A stretch of 64,000 bases of DNA from Octopus vulgaris (GCA_951406725.2 OX597826.1:79360001-79424000), one strand, 5' to 3'. Shown: positions 37,209 through 51,899, counted from the first letter of the stretch. A program made the numbers and translations. The notes: generated from the sequence alone by a model not told the origin.

Positions 37209-37209
37209 A

Positions 37210-37252
<43 letters not shown>

Positions 37253-37340
37253 GGTTCGTCTGTCTGTCTCTCTGCCTGCCTGCAGGTTCGTCTGTCTGTC
37301 TCTCTGCCTGCCTGCCTGCCTGCCTGTCTGCCTGCTTGCC

Positions 37341-37430
<90 letters not shown>

Positions 37431-37869
37431 ACTATCTATCTATCTATCTATCTATTTCTCTGTCTCTCTGTCTCTGTCTCTCTGTCAGTCTTTCTATCTA
37501 CCTGTCTGTCTATCTGTCTGTCATCTATTTATCTATGTATCTATAAACATAAGTCTCAAACACACACACACACACACAGAACTCCGCTGAATAATATTGC
37601 TCCGTCTATTTCACGTCAGATTTCCGGCCCCTTTTTCTATCTTGACTTCTATTTGTGAAGGGGTCTTTCCCCACAGAATATAATTGTCCATAGGATAAAC
37701 GCTTTGTATTTCTATCGCGTCTTCCATGCTAACTGTTTTTTATGGCCCATCCACATATATCCACATATCCACATTCAGTGTGGGTTGTGGAGGTCCCTTA
37801 TACTTAGGACTTTGCCCAATTCGAACATTTGCCTTAAATTAGAAAAGTAATCAGCCAACAAGATCCAGG

Positions 37870-38220
37870 CCTGGATGTGTGGTAAGAAGGTTGCTTCCCG
37901 ACAACATGATTTCGGTCTCAATTCCACTGTACGGCACCATGGGCAGGTATCTACTTATATAGTCCCGGGACAACCAAGTCCTTGTGAGTAGGTGTGGTAG
38001 ATGGAAACTGAAAGAAGCTCATTGTATATGTATATATTTATATGTGTGTGTGTGTGTGTCTTTGTGTTTGCTTTTGTCCCCCAACAACCACTTGACAACC
38101 GGTGTTGGTTTGATTATGTCCCTGAAACATAGCGGTTCGGTAAAAAGAAATTGATAAAGTAAGTACTAGGCTTAAATGAAATGAAGTACTGGGGGTCGAT
38201 TCGTTCGTCTCAAATCCTTT
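37870..38220 (+). mobile_element. SINE family B (diverged)
   Basis: tggatgtgtggtaagaag...ggaaactgaaagaagc...cttgacaaccggtg. Confidence 0.75.
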
Positions 38221-38549
38221 GAGGAACGAGCAGAGAAGCTTGGATTCGGTCATTCAACCATTCATCGACACCTGTGTACCATCGGAAAAGTCAGCAAATA
38301 TACTTGAGAACGAAGTATGTATGTATGTATGTATGTATGTATGTATGTATGTATGTATGTATGTATGTATGTATGTATGTATGTATGTATGTATGTATGT
38401 ATGTATGTATGTATGTATGTATGTATGTATGTATGTATGTATGTATGTATGTATGTATGTATGTATGTATTAATGTATGTATGTATGTATGTATGTATGT
38501 ATGTATGTATGTATGTATGTATGTATGTATGTATGTGCTTATGTGCTTA

Positions 38550-38735
38550 TATACCACCTCCTACGAACAGAACAGAATTGTAAAAGCTCAAAGAAAATGT
38601 GAACTACGCAAGTCCCGAGCGAACTCCTTGCCTTCAGTCACAGCTGACCACCAACACTGTCCGACTTGCGGCAGAGCCTTCCGAACATGTATCTGACTGA
38701 TTGGCCACGATCGGACACACCATGTCTGGTCTTCT
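38550..38735 (+). mobile_element. RTE/BovB-type LINE 3' end (C2H2 finger)
   Basis: HCPTCGRAFRTCI..IGH.RTH resembles the RTE C-terminal zinc finger. Confidence 0.6.
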
Positions 38736-39329
38736 TCTTTCTCTTCTTCTTCTTCAATGTGGGATGTCTATGGTCACCGTCGATAAAGATGGACGAACTG
38801 ATATTATGTGTGTATGCGTTGAAACACTTACAACAAAGTAAACTTGTATGGAAATAAATGGCGTATCGTTCAAACGACAATTTGCCCCATTTATAAATAG
38901 CGCAGAAATTGTGAAATAAATAGAAAACAGAGCGATCGAGATGAATAGCCGCCATTGATGATATTGGAAAGTTGATTGAACACACAGAAAATTGGATTTG
39001 TGCCTAAACGAAGAGAAAATCATTATCCTCATTGTTACATTTGCTGCTGCTGCAGCTGACGAGGCTATAAATGTTGTTACTGCACTTTTTGGCTTACAGT
39101 ATATTATGAAATCAAGGTCTGAAAATAATTCATCACGTGGTTATGGCTGAACGGAAGTTGTTCGGAATAACTGGAGCAATGAGGCTTTGTTTGTTCACGC
39201 TGCTGGGAAACGATCCAAATCCCGGCTGGCTTGATGCTTTTGATGTATCTTGAGCATCGTTAGGCCTGAATAGGAGTATTTATATTAACAGGTGTGTATT
39301 TATACATACGCATGTTTATACGCAGGCAA

Positions 39330-40258
39330 AATCAGAAACACTCAATAAAATGAAAGAAAATACCGAAGCGAGTCAAACGTTTTGCAATATTTGCACACGT
39401 GCTAGTTTTGCGGCGTTTGTATTACGTGACCGAAGCAGTTCGAGCCATGGAGGAATCCACTGAGGCTGGCAAGTATCGTAGCAGTTGGTGCTCCGACACG
39501 TTGTGCATTGTTTTACTCCGGATTTGATTTGGAAGCCGCACAGATGAGCGTGCAAAGTAGTTTAATCCGGGAACTTAGGCTTGACACGTTCGAACTGAGC
39601 CATAACGCCGAGGAAGAAAGCAAAAACATTTGTTTTGTGAAAGGTGAAGTCGCAGTCGATTTCCATACAGTAACCAGATGGTTCAAGAAATTTCGCCTGG
39701 GCTGCAAGAACTTGGATGATCAAGCAAGGTCAGGTAGGCGTAAAACCGTGGATTCCGAAGTCGTGCTCCTCCAAGCCATAGAAGCAAATCCAGCGTGTGG
39801 CACTCGGAGTGTGTCTGGCAAACTCGGCATCTCACAGATGTATGCCATTGTGCAGCAACAATGCCTGGCATTGGTTAACAGAAAGCGAGTTCTTTTGCAG
39901 CAAGACAACACAAGACCTCACACGGCTCAAACGACTCGGAATAAACTCCAGGAACTTGAGGGAATCAATCTAATGCCACACCCAGCTTATAGTCCGGAGC
40001 TAGCTCCCCCGGATCGTTACTTGTTCCAATCCACGGTTCACTTTCTGCGCTCGCGATACTTTATGAATCAAGAGGAAGTGGAAGCTTCAGAGAATGGGTT
40101 CCTCACCTCAAATAACAAGAACTAGTATCAGCGCAATGACTGGCAGAATGGTGGCCTCAGAGGGTGCCGCAGCAGAATGGTTCAGCTGGTTTTGTTGTAA
40201 GTTGACGAATAAAGCAAATAAGTTACTGAAACATTGTAAAAGTTTCTACTCAACACAA
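39330..40258 (+). mobile_element. Internally deleted mariner transposon (transposase remnant 39508-40125)
   Basis: HTH TVTRWFKKFR...LDDQARSGR fused directly to LLQQDNTRPH...HPAYSPELAP; WVPHEL and the first catalytic D region are missing. Confidence 0.88.
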
Positions 40259-40479
40259 TACAAGACACGCACATTCATACACACACACATACACACACAC
40301 GCGCGCTCACACACACACGCACACACGCACACGCACGCACACGTACAAAACTTGGTTTCACTAAACCAGAAGAGCACGGTTAATTAAAAAATCATTGCTA
40401 CAAGCCAATAAATGCACTGTAAAAATATGTAAAACATTCCAGAAGTTTAGCTTATAATATGTGCATACATGCACACAGG

Positions 40480-40527
<48 letters not shown>

Positions 40528-41022
40528 CATACACATACATATCTTTGCAAACCGTTTCTATATATATGCGTACACATAACAACGCATACAATAGCATTCG
40601 TGTTGGAAGATATGCACATGTATGTGTCTGCGCGCGCGCACATGCACACACACACACACACACGCACACATATGTTTGATAGCTTATTCACATACATGCA
40701 CGCATGCACACATTACCTGCACATTTGACGTCTAAAGTTTGAAATTTAGCCTTACTTCCGGTCTCGAAACCTGTTTTTTTTCCCATAGGTGAGAAGCTTG
40801 ACGAAATAAATCTGAACGGCACATCTACTCCAGGTGAGTCGAAAGTCGTCCGACTAAACTACGTAAATAGAATTTCGGAGGAGAAATACGCATCACAGAG
40901 TTCAGGCCCACTGCACAGCACCATGGGCAAATGTCATTTACTAAAGCCTCGGGCCGACCAAAGCCTTGTGAGTAGATTTGGTAAGTGGAAACTGAAAGAA
41001 GCCTGACGAATATATATATATA

Positions 41023-41058
<36 letters not shown>

Positions 41059-41061
41059 TAT

Positions 41062-41327
41062 GTGGAGGCGCAATGGCCGAGTGGTTAGGGCAGCGGACTC
41101 GCGGCGTTGTGTGTGTTTATTGAGCGAAAACACATAAAAGCTCCACGATGCTCCGGCAGGGGGTGGTGATCCCTGCTGTACTCTTTCACTACTCTTTCTT
41201 CCACTCTTTCTTCTGTTGGCCTGCTCGCTTAGCCAGTGGGGTGGCGTCATTCGAAGGCTAAAACAATGCGAACGCATTGTGACCAGCGATGTGTAACAAC
41301 ATCTGATGGTCTGGTCGGTCACGTGAT

Positions 41328-41335
<8 letters not shown>
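41062..41335 (+). mobile_element. Family C-headed SINE inserted in (TA)n
   Basis: tggaggcgcaatggccgagtggttagggcagcggactcgcgg head as at 13494; B-box region deleted; different 3' half. Confidence 0.8.
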
Positions 41336-41395
<60 letters not shown>

Positions 41396-41834
41396 TGAGA
41401 CCCCTTTCAGTCATGACTGACCATGGGATTGCACCTAGATAGTTACCCTCCTTGGCACAAGTCCAGGCAAGGTTGTTTATGGAAGACCAGCAGTCGCCCA
41501 TGTTGATATTCTCTCGCTTGTAGAATAAGACCCAACCATATGTTTCAGTCGGATTATCCGTTACTCTTTACTTTTTCCAGTCATTAGACTGTGGCCATAC
41601 TGAGGCACCTCGTCTCCACGCCACCAGTGTCATCCAAGTGAAAGGCAAAAGCCGATATAGCTTTGCACCTGTGACGTCGCAACTCATTTCTACAGCTGAA
41701 TGCACTGAAGCAACGTGAAATAAAGTGTCTTGCTCAAGAATGCAACATGCGGCCCGGTCTGGGAATCGAACTCACTACTTCATGATTGTGAGCCCGACGG
41801 TTTAACCACCGAGCCATGCACTATATTACAATAT

Positions 41835-42172
41835 ATTCTTTTCTACTCTAGACACAAGGCCCGAAATTTTTTTAGGGATGGGGGTCAGTCGATTAGGTCT
41901 ACTGCAGTGTGTAACTGGTACTTAATTTATCGACCCCGAAAAGATGAAAGGCAAGGTCGACCTCGGCGGAATTTGAACTCAGAACGTAAAGACAAGATGA
42001 TAACGATATATTCTCTTCTACTCTAGGCACAAGGCCCCAAATTTTTTTAGGGAGGGGCTCAGTCGATTAGATCGACCACAATACGCAACTGGTACTTAAT
42101 TTATCGACCCCGAAAGGATGAAAGGCAGAGTCGACCTCGGTGGAATTTGAACTCAGAACGTAAAGACAAGAT
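41835..42172 (-). mobile_element. Tandem duplicate of a SINE family A fragment (~175-bp unit x2)
   Basis: ttctactctag.cacaaggcc...gaacgtaaagacaagatga repeated at ~41840 and ~42015. Confidence 0.85.
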
Positions 42173-42311
42173 GATATATTACAATATATTACGACACATA
42201 ACATAACATGATATAATACAATATCCATAACAAATCGAATACAATATATTTTACATTTTATTATATTTAATCAATCAATCAATCAACATATAAGTATATG
42301 TATGTGTGTGT

Positions 42312-42362
<51 letters not shown>

Positions 42363-42822
42363 GTTCATCAATCAATGAATGTTAAATATATATAATATAC
42401 AATTTACAAATCAAATTTTGAAATTCGGTATATATTTATTGATATTATATTTGATTTTATTTGTGAACATTTTTGCATTTTAAATTTAGAGCCACAAAAA
42501 AGAAAAAAAAAATTGGGGAAAAAAATTTGCTAGCCATCATGGAAGGTGTTTCCACAATGTTTTACAGTGAAATATATATTTATATATAGCAGTGAAAACA
42601 TTTGGAAACTAGGCGTGCACGCACGCACACACACACACACAGACACACACACACACACACACCCACACACACACACACACACATACATACTCGTATATAT
42701 ATATATAAATGCATGTATGTTTGTGTGTATATATATATGCATGTTTATGCATGTATATATGTACACATACTCATATAAATGTGTGAATGTGCATATGTAT
42801 ATATGTGTGTGTATTCACATAC

Positions 42823-42871
<49 letters not shown>

Positions 42872-42872
42872 A

Positions 42873-42921
<49 letters not shown>

Positions 42922-42922
42922 G

Positions 42923-42970
<48 letters not shown>

Positions 42971-42995
42971 GTATATATACATGTATATGTATATG

Positions 42996-43099
<104 letters not shown>

Positions 43100-43110
43100 T
43101 GTATATATAC

Positions 43111-43174
<64 letters not shown>

Positions 43175-43232
43175 GATATTTATGTATGTATATATACATG
43201 ACTAAGGTATATATGCACGCATAAATAACCAG

Positions 43233-43284
<52 letters not shown>

Positions 43285-43361
43285 ACACACACAACGCTCA
43301 CTCATACATGCCTAAATTTTAAGATATATGTAGATATGTTTGTATGTGTCAAAAGACACAT

Positions 43362-43414
<53 letters not shown>

Positions 43415-44164
43415 ATGTGTGAGCGCGCGCGCATGTATCTGTGTGTTTGTGTGTATTAATTGTTTTTGTTTTACAAAGAAACGGTTGACCATATCTAAGC
43501 TATCTTCGGTGACCGGCGGTTTGAATTACATTTACCGTGTTTAGGTGCTGCATATTTGTTTTAAGCCAGTGTTTCGATGAATTTTATAGACGAAGCTATG
43601 GCTAATTGCCACGATTTTTGAATTGCAGTATTTTATTTCTAGGAAAAAAAAATTAATTAATGAAGAATAGAATCTATGTGTGAGGAACGATATGTATTGA
43701 AAGAAAAGGCGAAAAGATTTGGTGATATTTGGTGATAAGCAAAATAGCTGTGTAGCTTATAGTTTTTAGATAATTAAGGCTTTTAGACGTCAAATGTCGT
43801 AAAAGATAATGTAAGCGCGTATAGATAGTTATTGACTGCTTTCACCAGCGATGGGTTGGGGTATTTTGGCCGAAATCACATCGGTATGAATGCCTGCAAA
43901 GCCCTTGAACTGATTTCAATTAATATTTATGACTAGTGCGGACACTGGCTTGTACGTGATTACGCATATACATACATACATACATACATACATACATACA
44001 TACACATACATACACACATACACACATACATACATACATACATACACACACACATACATACATACATACACACACATACATACATACATACATACATACA
44101 TACATACATACATACATACATACACACATACATGCATACATACATACATACATACATACATACA

Positions 44165-44200
<36 letters not shown>

Positions 44201-44286
44201 TGTAGTTGAAATTTATAGAAAAACAAAAAACGAAAACAGATGAGGGGACAAGTGTATTAGTTTGACGCTCGGGAAAATGAAAAAGT

Positions 44287-44322
44287 CTTTTACGATTCGA
44301 GCCTACGCTCTTCATCCGAAAG
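44287..44322 (-). ncRNA. Degenerate PLE-type minimal hammerhead motif
   Basis: CUUU-CGGAUGA-A-GAGC(GUAG)GCUC-GAAU-CG-UA-AAAG; two core substitutions. Confidence 0.5.
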
Positions 44323-44492
44323 GAAGAAGAGAAAATAAATAGAGAGAGAATGAAAAAAAAAACTTGTAGATTTTATGTACAGACATACATAAAGGTTTCG
44401 TTTGTGCATAGCCATACTAACAACTTGGCGTTCGAGCTCAATATACATATGCTTCAGAATAAAAACGTTAAGCGAGTAACAGATTTTTTAGA

Positions 44493-44571
44493 AGCTCTGA
44501 TGAAGCTATAAGTGGATACACAAGTATTCAGCTTTGAGTGCAGTTCCTTAAGGCAGAAACAGCTGTAAGCT
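44493..44571 (+). ncRNA. PLE-type type I hammerhead ribozyme motif
   Basis: Stem I AGCU/AGCU, CUGAUGA 44497-44503, stem II GCUAUAAG/CUUAAGGC with long loop, GAAA 44556-59, palindromic ACAGCUGU, GUA site. Confidence 0.7.
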
Positions 44572-44615
44572 AATGAAATCGATTATTTAATTCCTGTTCC
44601 CTTGTTGTTTATTTA

Positions 44616-44704
<89 letters not shown>

Positions 44705-44752
44705 GTATGTATATATAAAATCAAAATAAGCAACGAGGATATCCAGAGGTAA

Positions 44753-44839
44753 TGCAGTACGATTGTTTCATGTAACTCCATTTAATTGAACAATGCAATC
44801 ATTACATCAATTTAAAATGCAGAGCAATCTTCAGCTGCA
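44753..44839 (-). ncRNA. PLE-type type I hammerhead ribozyme motif
   Basis: Stem I UGCAG/CUGCA, CUGAAGA, GAAA, near-palindromic ACAAUCGU, GUA site. Confidence 0.62.
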
Positions 44840-45160
44840 CAAAGACATAGAAATTAATTAAATTAGAACAGATAATACATACATATATACATACATACAT
44901 ACCTACCTACCTACATACATACATACATACATACATACATACATACATACATACATACATACAAGACATTATAAAAATGTGAAAACTTTGAGAGAACGTT
45001 GTATAATTCTTTTTCGGAACAGTGGATGTCGAAGCGCATAGAGCTACAAACAACAGTATTTAAAAACCACATTGGACAAACAATTTGAAGGGTTTTTTAT
45101 CCACTATTTACACGCTATTATTTATAGTTTTATGTGCAGTGAGATACACCATTGTTCCAA

Positions 45161-45233
<73 letters not shown>

Positions 45234-45761
45234 GCACACATACACACACACACACACATATGCATATATATATTGACACATGTATATATATATACATATA
45301 TATGTATGTATACATATATATATATCTATATATCTATACATAGACGCACACATACAAACACATGCTCTCCTTTGGGATTGACAATTACTTCTAACCATTT
45401 GTGATATGCTTGTACAAAGATTATGCCTCAAGATGTAAGAAGCTGGAATAATGTGTTCACTGGTAGAGGGGAATGACGTGGTGGGCTGTTCAAGCCCGTG
45501 GCAAATGGAAACATGTTGCTGAGTAGCCTTAGGAAGAGCGAAGTGCGTGGATCGTCCCCACGAAGCAGTGCTGCAGCGATATTCGTTTCGTTTCAATGTA
45601 TATATTCTGTTTGAACACAACATGTCTAAGAAGAGAGTTTCTCTCAGGCACAAACCACAGCACCATACCTTTCTATAATGCACATACATCAAGTATTGCG
45701 TTTATCGAATTTCTCTTTAGAGCATGGCAAGCATTCTACAACATAGGTGAATGTCTGTATC

Positions 45762-45946
<185 letters not shown>

Positions 45947-46304
45947 TCACACATATTCATTCATTCATTCATTCATTCATTAATACATACATACATACAT
46001 ACATACATACGTATGTATGTGTTTCACATCTCTGGGAAAAAAGTACGGTGTATTTCTAATGCAGGACTCAATACGAGCTCCTTGCTGTTTACACTCTAAT
46101 ACAGACATACTGACATACAAGCATATATACATACATACATACACACATACATACATACATACATACATACATACATACATACATACATACATACACACAT
46201 ACATACATACATGCATACTAACACACATACATACATACCAATAAACATACATAAATATACATACTGACGTACCCACTTATGTAGTAGATACGGCTCTGCT
46301 ACAT

Positions 46305-46710
46305 CTCTTTTACACTTTTACTTGTTTCAGTCATTTGACTGTGGCCATGCTGGAGCACCGCCTTTAGTCCAGCAAATTGACCCCAGGACTTATTCTTTGG
46401 AAGCATAGTACTTATTCTATCGGTCTCTTTTGTCGAACCTCTAAGTTACGAGGACGTAAACACACCATCAGTTGTCAAGCGATGTTGGTGGGACAAACAC
46501 ATACCCACAAACATATGCACACATATATATACATATACATATATACGACGGGCTTCTTTCAGTTTCCGTCTACCAAATCCACTCACAAGGCTTTGGTCGG
46601 CCCGAGGCTATAGTAGAAGGCACTTGCCCAAGGTGCCACGCAGTAGGACTGAACCCGGAACCCTGTGGTTGGCAAGCAAGCTACTTACCACACAGCCACC
46701 CCTGCGCCTA
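46305..46710 (-). mobile_element. SINE family B, full length
   Basis: Near-identical to 6891-7293 and 34921-35425. Confidence 0.88.
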
Positions 46711-47059
46711 TTATCATTTTCAATTAAGCTTCTATTTCTATCGTTTGACTCTTCAGTGGACTAGTAGAAGCTTTATAAGAAAGCTTTCGTTTCTGATATC
46801 AAAACAGTACGTGAGCCTATAGAGTGAATGACGTAGACTCGAATGTGCTGACATACTGTTGTGAGACAGAATTTTCAGTGGGCGACGAAAACTATCACGT
46901 TTCTAATTAATTACATTTGGATCTCAACTGAACTATTGGGACCCAAGTGTAACATTTTAGTATTAAATACGAAATTCAAGATAAGGCAAGAAAATATCAA
47001 ATGTGGCACTCTATACTTAATAGAACTCTAGTCGTTTTTGATGACACGGTTATACCGGT

Positions 47060-47168
47060 ATAAACAACGACGATAATAAAGATAATAACAATAGTAGTAG
47101 TAGTATTAGTAATAGTAGTAGTAGGGGTAATAATAATAATAATAATAATAATAATGATGATGATGATG

Positions 47169-47235
<67 letters not shown>

Positions 47236-47257
47236 TAATAATAATAATAATAACAAC

Positions 47258-47296
<39 letters not shown>

Positions 47297-47301
47297 TAAC
47301 C

Positions 47302-47372
<71 letters not shown>

Positions 47373-47490
47373 CGAAGGTCGTTGAGAGTGACCCGGTAAG
47401 TGATTGTATCAAACACGCAGATTAAAAGCAAAATAACAAGAACAAAAACAAAGACAAGAACAACAACAACAACAACGATAAAAATAATCA
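47060..47490. repeat. (AAT)n/(AGT)n/(AAC)n trinucleotide microsatellites
   Basis: Pure triplet tracts. Confidence 0.95.
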
Positions 47491-47664
47491 TCGTAAAGGT
47501 TTTCTGGGCAAGATAACTCCGTTCACTATTTCTAGAGTCCTACGCCATGTAGTATAAAAAAATATGTAATACCGTAAAATATAGAATACAATATAACATG
47601 TTTTATACTTATATATATTAAATCAGTAAATGAATTAATATACATATATAGTTATACATTTATA

Positions 47665-47709
<45 letters not shown>

Positions 47710-47884
47710 TTGTCTTCTTAATTATCCTTCGACAGATTAAAGTCAGATATATATTATTCAGGTTCAAATATTGAACATTTCATATATTTATGGATAGGTG
47801 ATTTTTTAAAGGAATAGTTTAGAACTGTGGGAAAATTGCTAGCAAACAAGGAAGAGGTTTTCTCACGTCCTTTTACAGTGAACC

Positions 47885-47915
<31 letters not shown>

Positions 47916-47950
47916 CATGCGTATATATACCCTTCTCATTTTCTCTATTT

Positions 47951-48006
47951 GTCTCTGATGACGGAGTATCCCATACTCTGGGATATCCCAGAAACAGCTG
48001 TAAGAC
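47951..48006 (+). ncRNA. PLE-type type I hammerhead ribozyme motif (best-preserved copy)
   Basis: Stem I GUCU/AGAC, CUGAUGA 47955-61, stem II GG(A)GUAUCCCA/UGGGAUAUCC, GAAA 47991-94, palindromic stem III ACAGCUGU, GUA site at 48000-48002. Confidence 0.8.
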
Positions 48007-48205
48007 TTTGACATTTTTTCCAATAATAATATTGTATATGACTTGAGATGTTTGTCTTGCCTTAACGTTTATTGTCCTCTTTAACAATTATATACATATA
48101 TATATATATATACATTTCAAATTTACAGAAAAACAAAAGACGAAAGACAGATGTATGAACAACAAGCAGGTGTATTAGTTTGACGCTCGGGAAAAATGTA
48201 AAAGT

Positions 48206-48241
48206 CTTCTACGTTTCGAGCCTACGCTCTTCAACAGAAAG
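48206..48241 (-). ncRNA. PLE-type minimal hammerhead motif (A6 to U)
   Basis: CUUU-CUGUUGA-A-GAGC(GUAG)GCUC-GAAA-CG-UA-GAAG; lies within a ~170-bp repeat shared with 44203-44380. Confidence 0.55.
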
Positions 48242-48384
48242 TATCAAGAGGGGAAAAATAGAGAGTGTAGAGTTCAGCGGTCCTCTGTGTGTGTGTGTGT
48301 GTGTGTTTTGTGTGTGTTTGTCTGTGTGTTTGTATAAAACTGTGAAGTTGTAGAAACGTTTATATACATATACATGCATATATC

Positions 48385-48795
48385 TTTTACTTGTTTCAGT
48401 AATCAGAATGTGGCCATGCTGTGGCACTGCCTTGACGGGTTGAACAAACTGACTCCAGTACTTCTTTTTGAAGTCTGGTACTTAGTCAATCGGACTCTTT
48501 TGTCGAGCTGCTGGGTTACAGATGCGTAAACCAACGAACACCGGTGAGTGGTGAGTGATGGGGCTGGTGGTAAACACATACATTCATGCACACACACACA
48601 CATACATGCATACATATATACATATGTATACGACAAGCTTCCATGCAGTTTCCGTCTACTAAATTCATTCACAACGTTTTGGTCAGTTCGAGGCTATGGT
48701 AGAAGGCACTGGCCCGAGGTGTTATGCAGTGGACATGAATAAAAAACCCGTTTTTGCAAAGCAACTTCCTTAACCACACAAACATACCTGTGCCT
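48385..48795 (-). mobile_element. SINE family B (diverged)
   Basis: cttttacttgtttcagt...cagtttccgtctac...ccacaca. Confidence 0.75.
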
Positions 48796-48819
48796 ATACG
48801 TACATCAAAAAAGTATAAC

Positions 48820-50030
48820 ATCAGCATGGGATCAAACGATTCCTTTGAAGCTAGTGCCAGTGTTGGACTTTATATATTACCACCTCTGCACACTAAATTC
48901 TATTTTATTTTAAGTGGTTTCTAGACAGATGGCTTACTTCTCAGGTTCTTGACATCAAAGAACAAACAGTATTAGAAAAATTCTACCTTATTTTAAAAAT
49001 AATCTAGGCATGTCTAGTATAGTAGATACACACCTAAAGCTAGTCAATTTTTTTAGGTGTGATCCTAAATTTAAGAGACCCCTATGTATAAAACTCTAAA
49101 ATGTAAATGAAGAATTGAAAAATATACATAAATCATCCAACCATACCTAAAGCTTAAGAAAAATCTTAGGAGTATCTCGTTTAAACTCTCAAACCTATCT
49201 TCCAACGAACATGCATCAATGAAATTTCTACCTCTCTGATGATATAAAGTGAATGTACAACACCACTTTAATTACTAAAAAGAAACTTGGAAAATTAGTT
49301 ATAGAAATATAATTTGGTTTACCTCTCCCTTTAACTTGCAAGTTTGTTGCTCAATAGTTATTCTATTCCTTAAAGTCTTACGAAAACACTTCCCCACTAA
49401 CCATAGGGATTAGAAATTGTTTAATAAGCAGGACTTAAAAAAATATCGGATTCCATAACAAATGAATTCGAACGAACGTGAGGCAGTCTTTGCCAGTAAA
49501 ATTTTAAAGCCAACCAAACAACTAAACAGCCAACTCAAACCACACGAGCTCGTCAAATATAATTTAAAAACCAACTCTTTTTTCTTTGAAAGAAGTCTGT
49601 TATATAGTTCAAGAGTAATACCAGACGTAATCCAATATCTTATGTATGTTTAGCAGCCATCTCTTAGAAAATATTACAACCAGCATACTCACATATTCTG
49701 CTACTTGTAAGAAATGAAATTTTAATGCCTGGCTACGTCTGGCCTTTAAAGTCTACAAACGGGCACCGCAGTATTAAATGGGAAGCACTAACTTTCGCTA
49801 AGTCGTACTTACTGATGAAAACAAACAATAAAAAGAACAAAAAAACTCCCCAAAACATGCCAACATTGGACTTCAGGGTTTTCCAAAATGTTTTTAAACT
49901 GCTCTTGTAAGCATAAAGTTTTATAGTACTAAGCTTTTCTAAGCCCATTGTCGACCTCATTAAGATTACCGGATCCAAACGCTTATTGTCTACCACCTCT
50001 TAATCCCGTAATCTTGTATTTTTGTCATAC
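48820..50030 (+). mobile_element. Highly decayed Penelope-like element (RT and endonuclease remnants)
   Basis: Fragments resembling MGS.DS.E....VGLYIL, (Y)RDDGL, VNFL.V.LNL and YIHKSSNH; many stops. Confidence 0.5.
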
Positions 50031-50669
50031 ATATTAGTCCCCACCCAAGGTCCTCCAATTTTCGTACTTATTATTTATATTTTATACCATTTTATAGTTT
50101 TATTTATTCTTATACTTATATTCATAATGCGTTGATTTTAGCTTACATCCATCTTAGATTATTTATACTTATTATTTTATATTTATCATTTATTTATTAA
50201 CGTACATTTTTATTATGCGCGTATCTATGTCTTCATTGTCAAAGTTTTCCATCATTTTCAGTTTTCGATACGTTTTATATCTTAACTATTTTATTTCCAC
50301 AATTCTTCAGACTTTGTTATTGATTAGATATACTTCAATCATATTTTACTTAATCTATTATTTATTCATTATTTAGCTATATGACATGTATTATTTCTAG
50401 ATTGTGGTATATAAGAATCATTCTTCCATTTCGATTTATCTACATATCGCCTTTACTATTGTTTTACGTTTTCGGGAAATTTTGTTTTCAGTTTATTGTC
50501 AGTATTTATCTTCATCTCTAAGGGCACCAATAATACTAACTTTCAGGCGTTACTCTTTAACCTTTGCATATATAAATATAGTATTTATTTTATTATCGTT
50601 TCAATTTTATTTTATTATTTATCTTATATATACAATATTTTAACATTTATTTTATATAATTTTACATTC

Positions 50670-50712
<43 letters not shown>

Positions 50713-50759
50713 TATATGTATATATATATGTGTATATATATGTATATATTATATGTATA

Positions 50760-50818
<59 letters not shown>

Positions 50819-51383
50819 ATATGTATGTATATATGTATGTATATATATATGTATATATATATATGTATATATATATGTATATATATATATATATATGTAT
50901 ATATATGTATATATATATGTGCATGTAAATATGTGTGTGTGTGAGTATTTGTGTGTCTGTATTTGTGTGTGTATGTATATATTATTTATATATTATGAAA
51001 AGAAAAAAAAAACGTATATCTGTGTGTACCTTGAATTTTTTGGAAACAGTGTAATGTAGCGCAAGAATTCATCGACTAAATATTTGCAGACATAAACTCT
51101 TCTGCCTAAAGTTGTCTCCTGTATATTTCTGGAATTGAGCAGCAGAAATCGAAGAATTTTGTTGCTTATTTTATCCGCACGGTAAAGCAATTATGAAAGC
51201 GCAACAATTCACTGACAAACAGATAATGAGGCAGAAATGTAGAAAGAAGCAAAGTAGAGTGACGTTAGATATCGACAGAAAATGGAAAAAGAAAAACAAA
51301 AAAACAAAAAACACCGAATGAGAAAAGATCAGATGAAAAAAAAATGAAACAAAGTAGGAGGAAAATAAAAAAAAAGGAAATGA

Positions 51384-51457
<74 letters not shown>

Positions 51458-51649
51458 ATTAAAGGGCGTACATTTTATGTATTTTACGTCTAGTTTACAC
51501 ACACTGGTTTCAGTTAGTGAAATGTGGTCACGGTCAGTGCAGCGTGCAAGGGTTCAGCCGAGCATTTGGACCTTCGCTAATTATTTAAGCTTGATATTTA
51601 TTTAATCGATATAAACAAAAATATTGATTTTTTTTCAAAGCGGTGCAAA

Positions 51650-51759
<110 letters not shown>

Positions 51760-51842
51760 CGGACACACTCTCTCTCACACACACAAACCTTATTGAATAA
51801 ATGTGCACAGTAGATTTTACTTTCTATTTTTAGATTATAAAT

Positions 51843-51899
<57 letters not shown>

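Noticed and set aside
49236-49250. CTGATGA as another hammerhead core
   Set aside because: No stem II, GAAA or closing stem I nearby; lies within decayed RT sequence
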